From: Mustelus asterias
Taxonomy: Eukaryota
Length of the DNA stretch: 64,000 bases
Assembly (NCBI RefSeq): GCF_964213995.1
Contig: NW_027590284.1
Coordinates: forward strand, 372,001-436,000
Direction: 5' to 3'
Shown: one piece after another, positions 49,011 to 60,321 of the stretch
Layout of the letters: the number at the start of each line of letters is the position of its first letter
Position numbering within the stretch: the stretch's first letter is position 1
Program-made: the position numbers and the translations under genes
Notes under the pieces: generated by a model
What the model was told of the DNA's origin: nothing
Seen by the model: only the letters and a program-made list of their open reading frames with translations
Database searches by the model: none

Positions 49011-50410
49011 AACATAAGAACTAGGAGCAGGAGTAGGCCATCTGGCCCCTCGAGCCCTCATGGCTGATCATTTTGTGGACTCAGCTCCACTTACACACCC
49101 GCTCACCATAACCCTTACTTCCTTTACTGTTTAATAATTGATCTATCCTTGCCTTAAAAACATTCAATGAGGTAGCCCCAACTGCTTCACTGGGCACGGA
49201 ATTCCACAGATTCACAACCCTTTGTGTGAAGAAGTTCCTCCTCAACTCAGTCCTAAATCTGCTTCCCCTTATTTTGAGGCTATGCCCCCAAGTTCTAGTT
49301 TCACCCGCCAGTGGAAACAACTTCCCTGCCTCTATCTTATCTATTCCCTTCATAATCTTATATGTTTCTATAAGATCTCCCCTCATTCTTCTGAAGTCCA
49401 ATGAGTATAGCCCCAGTCTATTCAGTTTCTCCTCATAAGCCAACCCTCTCAACTCCGGAATCAACCTCGTGAATCTCCTCTGCACCCCCTCCAGTGCCAG
49501 TATATCATTTCTCAAGTAAGGAGACCAAAACTGTACACAGTACTCCAGGTGTGGCCTCACCAGCACCTTCTACAGCTGCAATAATCTTGCTGTTTTTAAA
49601 CTCCATCCCTCTAGCAATGAAGGACAAAATTCCATTTGCCTTCTTAATTACCTGTTGCACCTGCAAACCAACTCTTTGAGATTCCTGCACAAGGACACCC
49701 AGGTCCCTCTGCACAGCAGCATGCTGCAATTTTTTACCATTTAAATAATAGTCCATTTTGCTGTTATTCCTACCAAAATGGATGACCTCACATTTACCAA
49801 CATTGTGCTCCATCTGCCAGACCCTCGCCCACTCACTTAGATTATATATATCCCTTTGCAGACTTTCAGCGTCCTCTGCACACTTAGCTCTTAGTGTCAT
49901 CTGCGAATTTTGACACACTACACTTGGTCCCCACCTCCAAATCATCGATGTAAATCGTAAACAATTGCGGTCCCAACACTGATCCCTGAGGCAAACCACT
50001 AGTCACTGGTCGCCAACCAGAAAAACACCCATTTACCCCCACTCTTTGCTTTCTGTTCGTGAACCAATCCTCTATCCATGCTAATACATTACCCGTGGCA
50101 CTGTGCACCTTTATCTTATGTAGCAGTCTTTGGTGCGGCACCTTGTCAAATGCCTTCTGGAAATCCAGACACACCACATCCACAGGTTCCCCTTTGTCCA
50201 CTGCACATGTAATGTTCTCAAAGAATTCCACCAAATTAGTCAAACATGACCTGCCCTTCATGAACCCATGCTGTGTCTCACCAATGGGACAATTTATATC
50301 CAGATGTCTCACTATTTTTTCCCTGATGATAGATCCAAGCGTTTTCCCTCCGACAGAAGTTAAGCTAACCAGCCTATAGTTACCTGCCTTTTGTCTACCT
50401 CCTTTTTTAA
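49011..50410 (-). mobile_element. 5'-truncated CR1 LINE (~1.4 kb)
   Basis: ORFs 49884-50312 ([42 protein letters not shown]) and 49081-49566. Confidence 0.96.
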
Positions 50411-51134
50411 ATGTTTGTGATTTTGTGAAACCTGTTTTTGTTGTCTGAGCTGACTGGAATTAGAGCCAGAGCAGGAGTAATCCAGGGGAATGATTTGGAG
50501 GTAAAGCAAAATCCAGCAGATGCTGGAATTCTGAATAAAACAGACCTGCTGAGTTTATCCAGCATTTTCTCTATTTATTATAATGAGTTGGGGACCTGGG
50601 TTTGAATCCCACCACGTTTCAATAAAAATATTGATGAGCATGAATTAATTGTTGTAAAAACACATCTGGTTCTCTAATGCCCTTTAAGGAAGGAAATCTG
50701 CCGCCCTGATCCAGTCTAACCGACATGTGACTGGATTCACAAACAATTCAAGGGCTGACTGGGTAAACAGGGAATGTCACCATCAGAAAAACAGAGCCCC
50801 TGGAGGGCAGAAGGGTTAGGACAGGTTATGGAGAGGTTAAAACTGTCATCATTGAGAACAACACAGACTTTAATGGAACAACTGGTCCCAAAAACAATCT
50901 CTTGTAGTTAGTGTGGCAGGGTGTGGTGAATCAGGTTTAAAAAGAGTCAAATTATATATGTTTTCTAGTTTGGACAACCACATTTAAATCTGGGACTCGG
51001 ATGAGGATATGAATTGGTGTTTGGTGGTAAGATCTAAATGTGTGTATTACGCCTGGAAGCCTTAAACCCAGAGTGAGAATATTTCAAACCAGGGTTCAAA
51101 ATGAACGGCTGTGGATGGTGAATTCACCCTCAAA

Positions 51135-51715
51135 AGAAAACAAAGAAAATTACAGCACAGGAACATTCCTTCGACCCTCCAAGCCTGCACCAACCACGCT
51201 GCCCGACTGAACTGAAACCCCCTACCCTTCTGGGGACCATATTCCTCCATTCACATCCTATTCATGTATTTGTCAAGACGCCCCTTAAAACTCACTATCG
51301 TATCTGCTTCCACTACCTCCCCCGGCAGCGAGTTCCAGGCACCCACCACCCTCTGGGTAAAAAACCTGCCTCCTTTAAACCTTGCCCCTCGCACCTTAAA
51401 CCTATGCCCCCTAGTAATTGACTCTTCTACCCTGGGAAAAAGCTTCTATCCACTTTGCCCAAGCCCCTCACAATCTTGCAGACTTTGTCAGATCACCCTC
51501 AACCTGCGTCGTTCCAGTGAGAACAAGCCAAGTTTCTCCAACCTCTCCTCATAGCTAATGCCCTCCATGCCAGGCAACATTCTGGTAGATCTTTTCTGTA
51601 CCCTCTCCGCCCTCTCCAAAGCCTCCACATCTTTCTGGTAGTGTGGCGACCAGAATTGAACACTATATTCCAAGTGCGGCCTAACTGAGGTTCTATAAAA
51701 CTGCAACATGACTTG
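51135..51715 (-). mobile_element. CR1 LINE 3' fragment
   Basis: ORF 51488-51709 VRPHLEYSVQFWSPHYQKD..SYEERLEKLGLFSLERRRLR. Confidence 0.9.
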
Positions 51716-52973
51716 CCAAAAGGCCCGCAGAAATTAAGTCTTGTGAGGAACTACTGGAAGAAAATAAATCATCCTGTACATGGGAGAGACAGAAACTGTG
51801 AGGACCATCTCCTCCAATCACAGATTCTGTCTCTCCCGATGTTGCTACATCTGCAGAGACAGAGTCTCAAACTGGAGGAACAGCTTTGCCACCTATTTTG
51901 AGAAAAGACTCAGCAGCCTATCAGTGACGTGTGGAGGAGTTGTGTCTTCCTGCTACAGAACTAGTTTCATAGCAGTGTGAGCCTCAAAAGGAATGATCCA
52001 ACCATCGGCAGACCTTTCCCCATTCTGCTGAACAAGTCTTGATTATTTTTATATATCTCAGGAGGTGGGGTTTACAGCTCAGGAATTTGAGTAAACAGAT
52101 ATTGTGAACGTACTTACAATCACTTGGGTCGTCACATTAGAAATTGAGATCCATTCATCCAGGTTCATATTCTAAACTGCTTTTATTTGCAGTTTAATGT
52201 TCACAGACAACATCCAGAATCCCCGGTCAGAGCTGATCTCAGCTGGTGCAGTGAGGTTATTGATGGATTATCAATGTAAATCCACACACAATGAAGATCA
52301 GAATCGGGAGAGATTTTTCCTGCTCCACCATCTGAACCAGTAAACATCTGATTCAGTTCCCTTGTGTCAAATAGTTAGAATTCTCATTTTGGAAAGAGAG
52401 TATGGGAGTATTTTTAAAATAAGTTAACAAAACATATCATTCATAGATTCCAATTTAAAAGATTTAATATATACACAGTCTTCAGTATTTGTGCTATCTT
52501 ATTCAAAGAAGTAAACTAACAGAAACACAAAAGGTAATGTTACTACGTGACTACATCACTAATAAAGGAGTTACTGAGAATGGAAAACGATGCCCTGGAA
52601 ACCAAAAAATAGCCCTTAAAAATCAAAGAGTAGCTTTCCAGAAAATCTGAATACAAGCATTGAAAATAAATACTTTGTGCCCTGCAGATGGATCTTTCAG
52701 AGAATGAATTGTAGATTTTGCCCAAAGATCAAATTAGAATTGAAGCAAAAGTTCTTAATTTTATTCTAAACAGGTTCCTGTTGAGAGTTCTTCAATTAAG
52801 GGGTAAGATCACTGGTGGTGCATTTAAAAAGTGACATTGCAGCCCTGAAAATCAGTGACACTTCCAGAATATTAAATTCCAGCTAGTTATAGGGTTTGTT
52901 AACATCAGCAGAAATAAAATATTGTCAGTCAATACTGAACAGCAGCAAAAACAGCAAAATCCAACCCCTGCAG

Positions 52974-53897
52974 TCACTTGTGAACTTGTTGATGTCTCAG
53001 GAGCCATTGTGACTGAGTGAATCCCTTCCCACACACAGAGCAGTTGAATGGCCTCTCAGTGTGAGTGCGTTGGTGAGCCAGCAGGTTGAAAGACTTTGCG
53101 AATCCCTTCCCACACGCGGAGCAAGTGAATGGCCTCTCCCCTGTGTGAACTCGCTGGTGAGCAGAGAGGTTGGATGACCGATTGAATCCCTTCCCACACA
53201 CGGAGCATGTGAATGGTCTTTGTGCAGTGTGAGTGCGTCGGTGAGCAGTGAGGTTGGATGACTGCCTGAAATTCTTTCCACAGTCAGTGCAGCTGAATGG
53301 CTTCTCTTCAGTGTGAATTTTCTGGTGTCTCAGCAGACTGGATAAAACTGTGAATCCCTTTCCACACAAAAAGCAAGTAAACGGTCTCTCCCCAGTGTGA
53401 ATTCGCTGGTGTGCAATGAGGGAGGATGCCTGTCTGAAACTCCGTCCACAGTCAGTGCAGCTGAATGGCTTCTCCTCAATGTGAACTCGCTGGTGTGACA
53501 GTAAGTGGGATGACCCAGTGAATCCCTTCCCACAGTCGGAGCAGGTGAACGGCCTCTCCCCAGTATGAACTCGCTGGTGTGACAGCAGGTGGAATGACTG
53601 AGTGAATCCCTTCCCACACACGGAGCAGATGAATGGTCTCTCCCCGGTGTGAGTGCGTTGGTGCACAGTGAGTGCTGAAGAATGCCTGAACCTCTTCCCA
53701 CAGGAGGTGCAGGTGAATGGCTTTTCCTCAGTGTGAATTCTCTGGTGAGACCAAAGGCCAGATGACTGAATGAATCCCTCCCCACAGACAGAACAGGTGA
53801 ACGGTCTCTCACCAGTGTGACTGCGCCGATGATTTTCCAGCAGGGAAGGGTAACTGAATCCTTTCCCACAGTCCCCACATTTCCACGGTTTCTCCAT
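52974..53897 (-). CDS. C2H2 zinc-finger protein, 307 aa, 11 intact fingers
   Basis: MEKPWKC start, uninterrupted array; family acceptor (tccttttacag) on - strand at 54230-54231. Confidence 0.93.
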   Translation of the reverse strand: MEKPWKCGDCGKGFSYPSLLENHRRSHTGERPFTCSVCGEGFIQSSGLWSHQRIHTEEKPFTCTSCGKRFRHSSALTVHQRTHTGERPFICSVCGKGFTQSFHLLSHQRVHTGERPFTCSDCGKGFTGSSHLLSHQRVHIEEKPFSCTDCGRSFRQASSLIAHQRIHTGERPFTCFLCGKGFTVLSSLLRHQKIHTEEKPFSCTDCGKNFRQSSNLTAHRRTHTAQRPFTCSVCGKGFNRSSNLSAHQRVHTGERPFTCSACGKGFAKSFNLLAHQRTHTERPFNCSVCGKGFTQSQWLLRHQQVHK

Positions 53898-54670
53898 GGT
53901 GCTGGTGTCCTTATGTTTCTCCAGGTTAAACGATCAGTTGAAGCCTCATCCACACACAGAACACGTGTACAGTTTCTCCTTGCTGTGAATGGTGTGATGT
54001 TTTTTAAGGCTGCGTAACTGGATAAAGCTCTTTCCACAGTCAACTCACTGAAACACTCTCACTCGGGTGTGCCTGTATCTTGGTGCTTTTTCAGTCACAC
54101 TGATGTTTGAAATCTTCTCCTCCAGACAGAAGACAAACATTTCTCCTTCCACATTCAAAGTCTGAGGATATTTAAGTCCAAGTGAATCGAGACTCTGTCT
54201 GATTTTGATGTGATGTTTCTTCACCTCACCTGTAAAAGGAGTTTACAAAATTAATCACTGTCAGTCCAGGATAGAAATTTTGAACAGACAATTCTAATTC
54301 TCTGGAACATTTCTTCCTCTCTTGTTCCCCAAATCAATAAATTCCTGTCCCACAAATTCTCCCTCCTCCCTTGGCTTAAATCCAAACCCATCTCACCATT
54401 TCTTTTCTCCACTCCCAGTTTTCTCCCTCCCTCTCCTCTGTCTGGGTTCAGTTCTCCAGCTCCTGTCTGCAGACTGACAATAAAACCAATGGGTCTTACT
54501 GGGGGTGTTGGTGCCTCCAGCGGGTGTTTGTGAATCCTCCCCGCCCACCTCCCAGGGTTTCCTTCCTTCCCAGAGATCAGAGTCCTCATTGATTTGAGGC
54601 CAAAGTGTAACCTCTTATTTATTGTCCCCCTCCCCCATCCTCTGATGTGAACCATCCTCCAGTGGCTGAG

Positions 54671-55156
54671 CCAGGATGGGGCCGTTAACCTGGGCCTGTT
54701 CCCGGGAGGGAGGGAGAAGCCCCGCAGCTGCAAACCAGGGAGCTGACAATGATTCTGAAGGGTTTGCGGATCCACAAAGTGTTTCCAAATCCTCCCAGCC
54801 ACCGCCGAACGCTGACTCCGCTTCTCCGGGACAAACAAGCGCCAAGGACAGCAATGACACAGCGCATGCTCCACATCACAATGCCCGGGCACTGATTGAC
54901 GGCAGCTCCGGACCAATAGGAAGAGGGGGCGGGGCTGGAGGACCGAACGGGAGCGGTTGGTCCTCCAACCAATCGGAGTGAAGGAAGGGCGGGGCTGGAG
55001 CAAATATTTCAGCACCGGGTGAAGCGCTGGAGCCGGCGGTTGGAGTTTGGGGAGGATCCGCAAACCCTTCAGAATCATTGTCAGCTCCCTGGTTTGCAGC
55101 TGCGGGGCTTCTCCCTCCCTCCCGGGAACAGGCCCAGGTGAACGGCACCATCCTGG
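54671..55156. promoter_or_regulatory. CpG-island core promoter flanked by 103-bp inverted repeats (54671-54773 / 55054-55156)
   Basis: Arms have 2 mismatches; spacer has CCAAT at 54913 and 54969, each followed by gggcggggctggag. Confidence 0.8.
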
Positions 55157-55339
55157 TTGGAGCTGGAGCATGCGCAGTGCCTGCGGCAGACGGGAAGGAG
55201 CTCGAGCGAGCGGGTTTTAAATGGAGATTTTTACAAAGACCGAGTGCAGATCCAGAGCCCGAAATAAAACCGGAAACATAAATGGAGTTTGCGGGTGGAT
55301 GGTGAGGCTTTATAAACACCCGGTGTCGGCCACAGTCCC

Positions 55340-58300
55340 TGTGGTGAACCATCGTTGGTTACCACTGGGGGTTGTTATTATGTTACTGTTGGGCTAGGGT
55401 GTTGTTACTGTGGGGGTTGTACAATGTTGTTGGGTTAGGGTGTTTACCTGTTATAAGTGTTATCATGGCACATCCCGGTGGGGCCCCGCCTCCGGTGGCG
55501 AGGTATAAGACCCTCTGCTCCGGCAGGACCCCTTCAGTCTGAACTGGTGTATTCGTGTTAGTAGTTCCATTGTTACACAATAAAAGCCTTCAATATCGAA
55601 GCCTTGGTTCCACGTGCTTGATTGTCGCGCATCAATTTTATTGTGTAACAGAAAACTCTCAGCTGTACAAAAAAAGAGTATGGAACAGATCTTAAAACCA
55701 GATCGTCTGGCGCTGGACCCACGTGCGGTCGGTGCCGCTAACACCTTCGACCACTGGTGGAAGTGTTTCGAAGACTACCTGGTTGCCTCTGTAGCTATCA
55801 CTACAGACAGTGACAAACTCCAAGTCCTCCACGCAAGGGTAAGCGACACGATTTATCTCGCGATTCGTGCGGCTCCCACTTACCCGAGGGCCGTCGAGCT
55901 CCTGAAGAAACGATACACGAAACCACCCAACGAGATACACGCTCGTTACCTCCTCGCTACATGACGTCGGCAGTCGGGCGAAACCATGGAGGACTACGCC
56001 AATGAGCTCCTGCAGCTTGCCAGGGGTTGCGATTGTAAAGACGTATCAGCCGAACAATATATGTACGACCTCGCCCGAGACGCGTTCGTAGCAGGGGTAG
56101 GGTCCTCGTACATCAGGCTTAAATTGCTGGAAAAGGGGAACCTCGACTTGACCCAAGCAATGGAGATGGCTGAGATGCTGGAAGCGGCGTCGAAAAGCTT
56201 GGCGCTGTACCCTGAGGACCACGTGCAGTCAACGTGGCAGGAGCAAGCTCAGCTCCCTCCTCGCCCCGCTAACCCGCGCTCCCAGATCGATCCGACGACG
56301 GCGGCAGCTCCAGGTGGCCAGCGATGCTATTTTTGTGGTGGGGCCAAGCATCCACGGCAACAGTGTCCGGCAAGAACGGCAACCTGCAGCCAGTGCGGTA
56401 AAAAAGGCCACTACGGTAAAGTCTGCAGGTCGAAGTCTAAAAACGGCAGTGCAGCTTGTAACCCTCCAGAACAGAGACAATCTCCTTCGGCGTTGCAGTA
56501 CCCACGAGGTCCGACCACGTGCGAACCCAGGACGGCGCCATCGTGGCTGACGGAGGAGGAGGAAGACCACCAGGAGTCGCTGCGTTTGGCGCCCTCGCCC
56601 ACGTGCGATTCATGGGGGCGGCCATCATGGTCCACGACGACTAGGAGCGACCAGCAGGGGTCCTCAGCATCAACATCGGCGGCATGCAGTGACGCCCAGG
56701 GGCCAACGGTGGCGTCGATCTCCCTGGACCAGACTAAGCACCACAGGCTTGAGAATTCCATGATGGATATAAAGGTAAATGGTCGAACTGTGAATTGTCT
56801 GTTTGACAGTGGGAGCACCGAAAGTTTCATACACCCTGAAACTGCTAAAAGGTGTGGACTCCGGGTTCTCCCTGCCAAGCAGACAATTTCCATGGCATCA
56901 CGGTCCCGGTCTGTACCGATCCAAGGACGATGTATGGTAACTCTTGAGGTACAGGGCACAATTTACGAGCAATACAGGCTCCTTGTGTTACCTCACCTTT
57001 GTGCGCCAATTCTCCTCGGACTAAATTTTATGGTCCACATGAAGAGTGTGATCCTACAGTACGGTGGGCCACTCCCTTCACTGGCAGTAGGGAATCAGCC
57101 GCAGGCTCCAAATTGCCCAAAGCGCCCCGCATGCAACCTTTCCACTCTGAAAATCACTACACCATCCCTCTTTAAGAATCTGGTACCAGGCTGCAAGCCC
57201 ATCGCTACTAAAAGTAGGCGTTACAGCGCTGAGGACCGGATCTTTATTAGATCTGAGGTTCAGCGGCTCCTCAAGGAAGGGATCATACAGGCCAGTGCTA
57301 GTCCGTGGAGAGCGCAGGTCGTGGTAGTCAAAAGCGGGAACAAACCTCGGATGGTCATCGACTACAGTCAGACCATTAATCGTTATACGCAGCTGGATGC
57401 GTATCCTCTCCCGCGCATTTCTGATATGGTCAATCAGATTGCGCAGTACCGAGTGTTCTCTACCATAGACCTTAAGTCCGCCTACCATCAACTCCCCATC
57501 CGCACAGAGGACCGACAATACACGGCTTTTGAGGCAGATGGTCGTCTATACCAATTCCTCAGGGTTCCATTTGGTGTCACCAATGGGGTCTCGGTCTTCC
57601 AGCGTGCTATGGACCGAATGGTGGACCAGAACGGGTTGCGGGCTACCTTCCCGTACCTGGATAACGTCACCATCTGCGGCCATGACCAGCAGGACCACGA
57701 CACGAATCTCCAACACTTTCTGCGCACCGCATCTCGCCTGAACCTGACCTATAACAGGGAGAAGTGCGTATTCCATACGCGCAGGTTAGCCATCCTCGGA
57801 TATGTGGTGGAAAACGGGGTCATTGGCCCTGATCCAGACCGTATGCGCCCCCTTACTGAACTTCCCTTGCCCGCTAGCACGAAAGCACTGAGGAGATGCC
57901 TCGGGTTCTTTTCGTACTATGCGCAGTGGGTCCCCAACTACGCGGACAAAGCTCGTCCGCTCATCAAGTCCACGACCTTCCCACTTACGCCGGAGGCCCA
58001 ATTGGCCTTCAAGGCTTTGAAAAGCGACATCTCGAAAGCCACGAAGCACGCGGTGGATGAATCCATCCCTTTCCAGGTGGAGAGTGATGCATCTGATTTC
58101 GCCCTAGCCGCCACACTAAACCAGGCAGGCAGGCCCGTCGCGTTCTTTTCCCGCACCCTTCAAGGCCCCGAAATTCGGCACTCAGCGGTGGAGAAGGAGG
58201 CTCAGGCCATTGTGGAGGCAGTCAGACACTGGCGCCATTACCTGGCGGGGAAGCGGTTCACCCTGATCACGGATCAACGATCTGTGGCGTTTATGTTCAG

Positions 58301-60014
58301 CAACACGCAGAGGGGCAAGATCAAGAACTATAAGATCTTGCGGTGGAGAATTGAGCTCTCCACCTATAATTACGATATTATGTATCGTCCAGGGAAGCTC
58401 AATGAGCCCTCGGATGCCCTCTCGCGAGGAACATGCGCCATCATGCAGGAGGACCGCTTGAAGGCCCTCCACAATGATCTGTGTCATCCTGGAGTCACCA
58501 GACTCTACCATTTCGTCAAAGCCCGCAACCTGCCCTACTCGGTGGAGGATGTCAGGTCAGTGACGAGAAGCTGTCGGATTTGCGCAGAATGCAAACCACA
58601 CTTTTATCGACCAGACCGGGCACAATTGGTCAAGGCCACTCGCCCTTTTGAGAGGCTGAGTGTGGATTTTAAGGGCCCCCTTCCCTCAACGGACCGGAAC
58701 GTCTATTTCCTCAACATAATAGACGAGTACTCCCGGTTCCCGTTTGTTGTCCCCTGTGCGGACACGTCGACTGCCACCGTCATCAAGGCATTCAGTGAGC
58801 TTTTTACCCTGTTCGGGTACCCCTGCTACATTCATAGCGACAGGGGCTCGTCGTTCATGAGCAACGACTTGAGGCAATTCCTGCTCTCATTCGGGATTGC
58901 CTCTAGTAGAACCACGAGCTACAACCCTAGGGGTAACGGACAGGTGGAAAGGGAGAATGCTACAGTCTGGAAGGCTGTCCTACTGGCACTGAAATCCAGG
59001 GGCCTTCCAGTCTCCCGTTGGCAGGAGGTCCTTCCAAATGCGCTCCATTCTATCCGCTCCCTCCTGTGTACGGCAACCAATGCTACTCCCCACGAGAGGA
59101 TGTTCTCATTCCCTCGGAAGTCGTCCTCGGGGATCTCATTGCCAGCCTGGTTGACGTACCCAGGACCCGTCCTTCTGCGGCGACATGTGAGGGCTCGCAG
59201 GTCCGACCCCTTGGTCGAACCGGTCCAACTCCTCCACGCCAACCCTCAGTATGCCTATGTGGCATATCCTGACGGGCGAGAGGACACTGTCTCCATTAGA
59301 GACCTGGCGCCTGCAGGGGACGTAGCAACTCCTGTCGCTCCTATTCCCCCAGTCACGAATCCACTACTCCTCATTGCTTCCCCAGACGTGGCGCGGTCAG
59401 CACCGGGACCAGTGCATAACAGTTCTACTCCCATGTACAGCTTGCCTGAGACTCGGAGATCGGCGCCACCACCGAAGGTTCCAGGATCCCCTGCACCATC
59501 GCCTCACCAGGGCCAACCGGCCCGGGAGTCCTTGAGGGGACAGCCGGACGTTGTTTTGGAGAGAACGCCACCGCAAGCACCTGCTCCGGTTTCGCAACCG
59601 GTGTTGAGGAGATCACAGCGTCGGTGCGGTCCTCCAGACCGTCTGGACTTGTGAATTCTGTATATATGACCTGTTTTTTCTTGCACCCCGCCGCCTTTTG
59701 TTTTTAAAGGAGGGGTGAATGTGGTGAACCATCGTTGGTTACCACTGGGGGTTGTTATTATGTTACTGTTGGGCTAGGGTGTTGTTACTGTGGGGGTTGT
59801 ACAATGTTGTTGGGTTAGGGTGTTTACCTGTTATAAGTGTTATCATGGCACATCCCGGTGGGGCCCTGCCTCCGGTGGCGAGGTATAAGACCCTCTGCTC
59901 CGGCAGGACCCCTTCAGTCTGAACTGGTGTATTCGTGTTAGTTGTTCCATTGTTACACAATAAAAGCCTTCAATATCGAAGCCTTGGTTCCACGTGCTTG
60001 ATTGTCGCGCATCA
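55340..60014 (+). mobile_element. Full-length Ty3/Gypsy LTR retrotransposon
   Basis: 295-bp TG..CA LTRs (55340-55634, 59720-60014) with 2 differences; 5-bp TSD GTCCC (55335-39, 60015-19); PPT aaaggaggggtgaa 59706-59719; domain order PR-RT-RH-IN. Confidence 0.97.
55680..59654 (+). CDS. Gag-Pol polyprotein in a single frame, interrupted by one TGA (55962-55964)
   Basis: MEQILKPDRL.. is in frame with ORF 55986-59654; two CCHC knuckles, protease DSGS, RT (IDLKSAYHQL, VPFG, YLDN), RNase H (DASD, EKEA), integrase HHCC + DDE; no env or chromodomain seen. Confidence 0.93.
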
Positions 60015-60076
60015 GTCCCTCAATTTGCAAAGCAAATTCCTCAGACCTTCTGATGGTTTCAGGCCGGAGTTCAAAT

Positions 60077-60185
60077 CCGCCATGTTTATAAAGGTCCGTG
60101 TACTGCAAAGCGCATGCGCATCCGCCATCTTTATTGAGGTAAATTGGAACAACGCATGCGCAGCCACCGTATTTGTTGAGGGTGA
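60077..60185. promoter_or_regulatory. Tandem YY1-like (ccgccatntt) + NRF1-like (gcgcatgcgc) modules
   Basis: ccgccatgtt 60077, gcgcatgcgc 60110, ccgccatctt 60122, acgcatgcgc ~60152. Confidence 0.55.
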
Positions 60186-60321
60186 AACCAAATGAATAAC
60201 CCACAGGGGACAAAAAAAATCAGAGTTTGATTTCATAACAAAATCGATGTGTTGTTGTAAAACTGGAAGTTAGGGTTACAGCCAACAACAACTTCTATTT
60301 ATATAACACCATTAATATCAG

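Noticed and set aside
54045-54047. In-frame TGA at a zinc-ligand Cys position in several ZNF paralogues (selenocysteine finger?)
   Set aside because: Further in-frame stops follow before the ATG, including TAA in paralogues (61562, ~46476) and TGA at non-Cys positions; no SECIS recognised. Relic fingers explain it better.
54251-55171. 306-aa minus-strand ORF and other ORFs in CpG islands (43274-44638)
   Set aside because: No domain motifs; GC-rich promoter or repeat sequence with few stops.
55962-55964. Programmed readthrough between gag and pol
   Set aside because: The stop lies early in gag, before the zinc knuckles, at a position expected to be Arg (LAT-R-RRQ); it fits CGA-to-TGA deamination.
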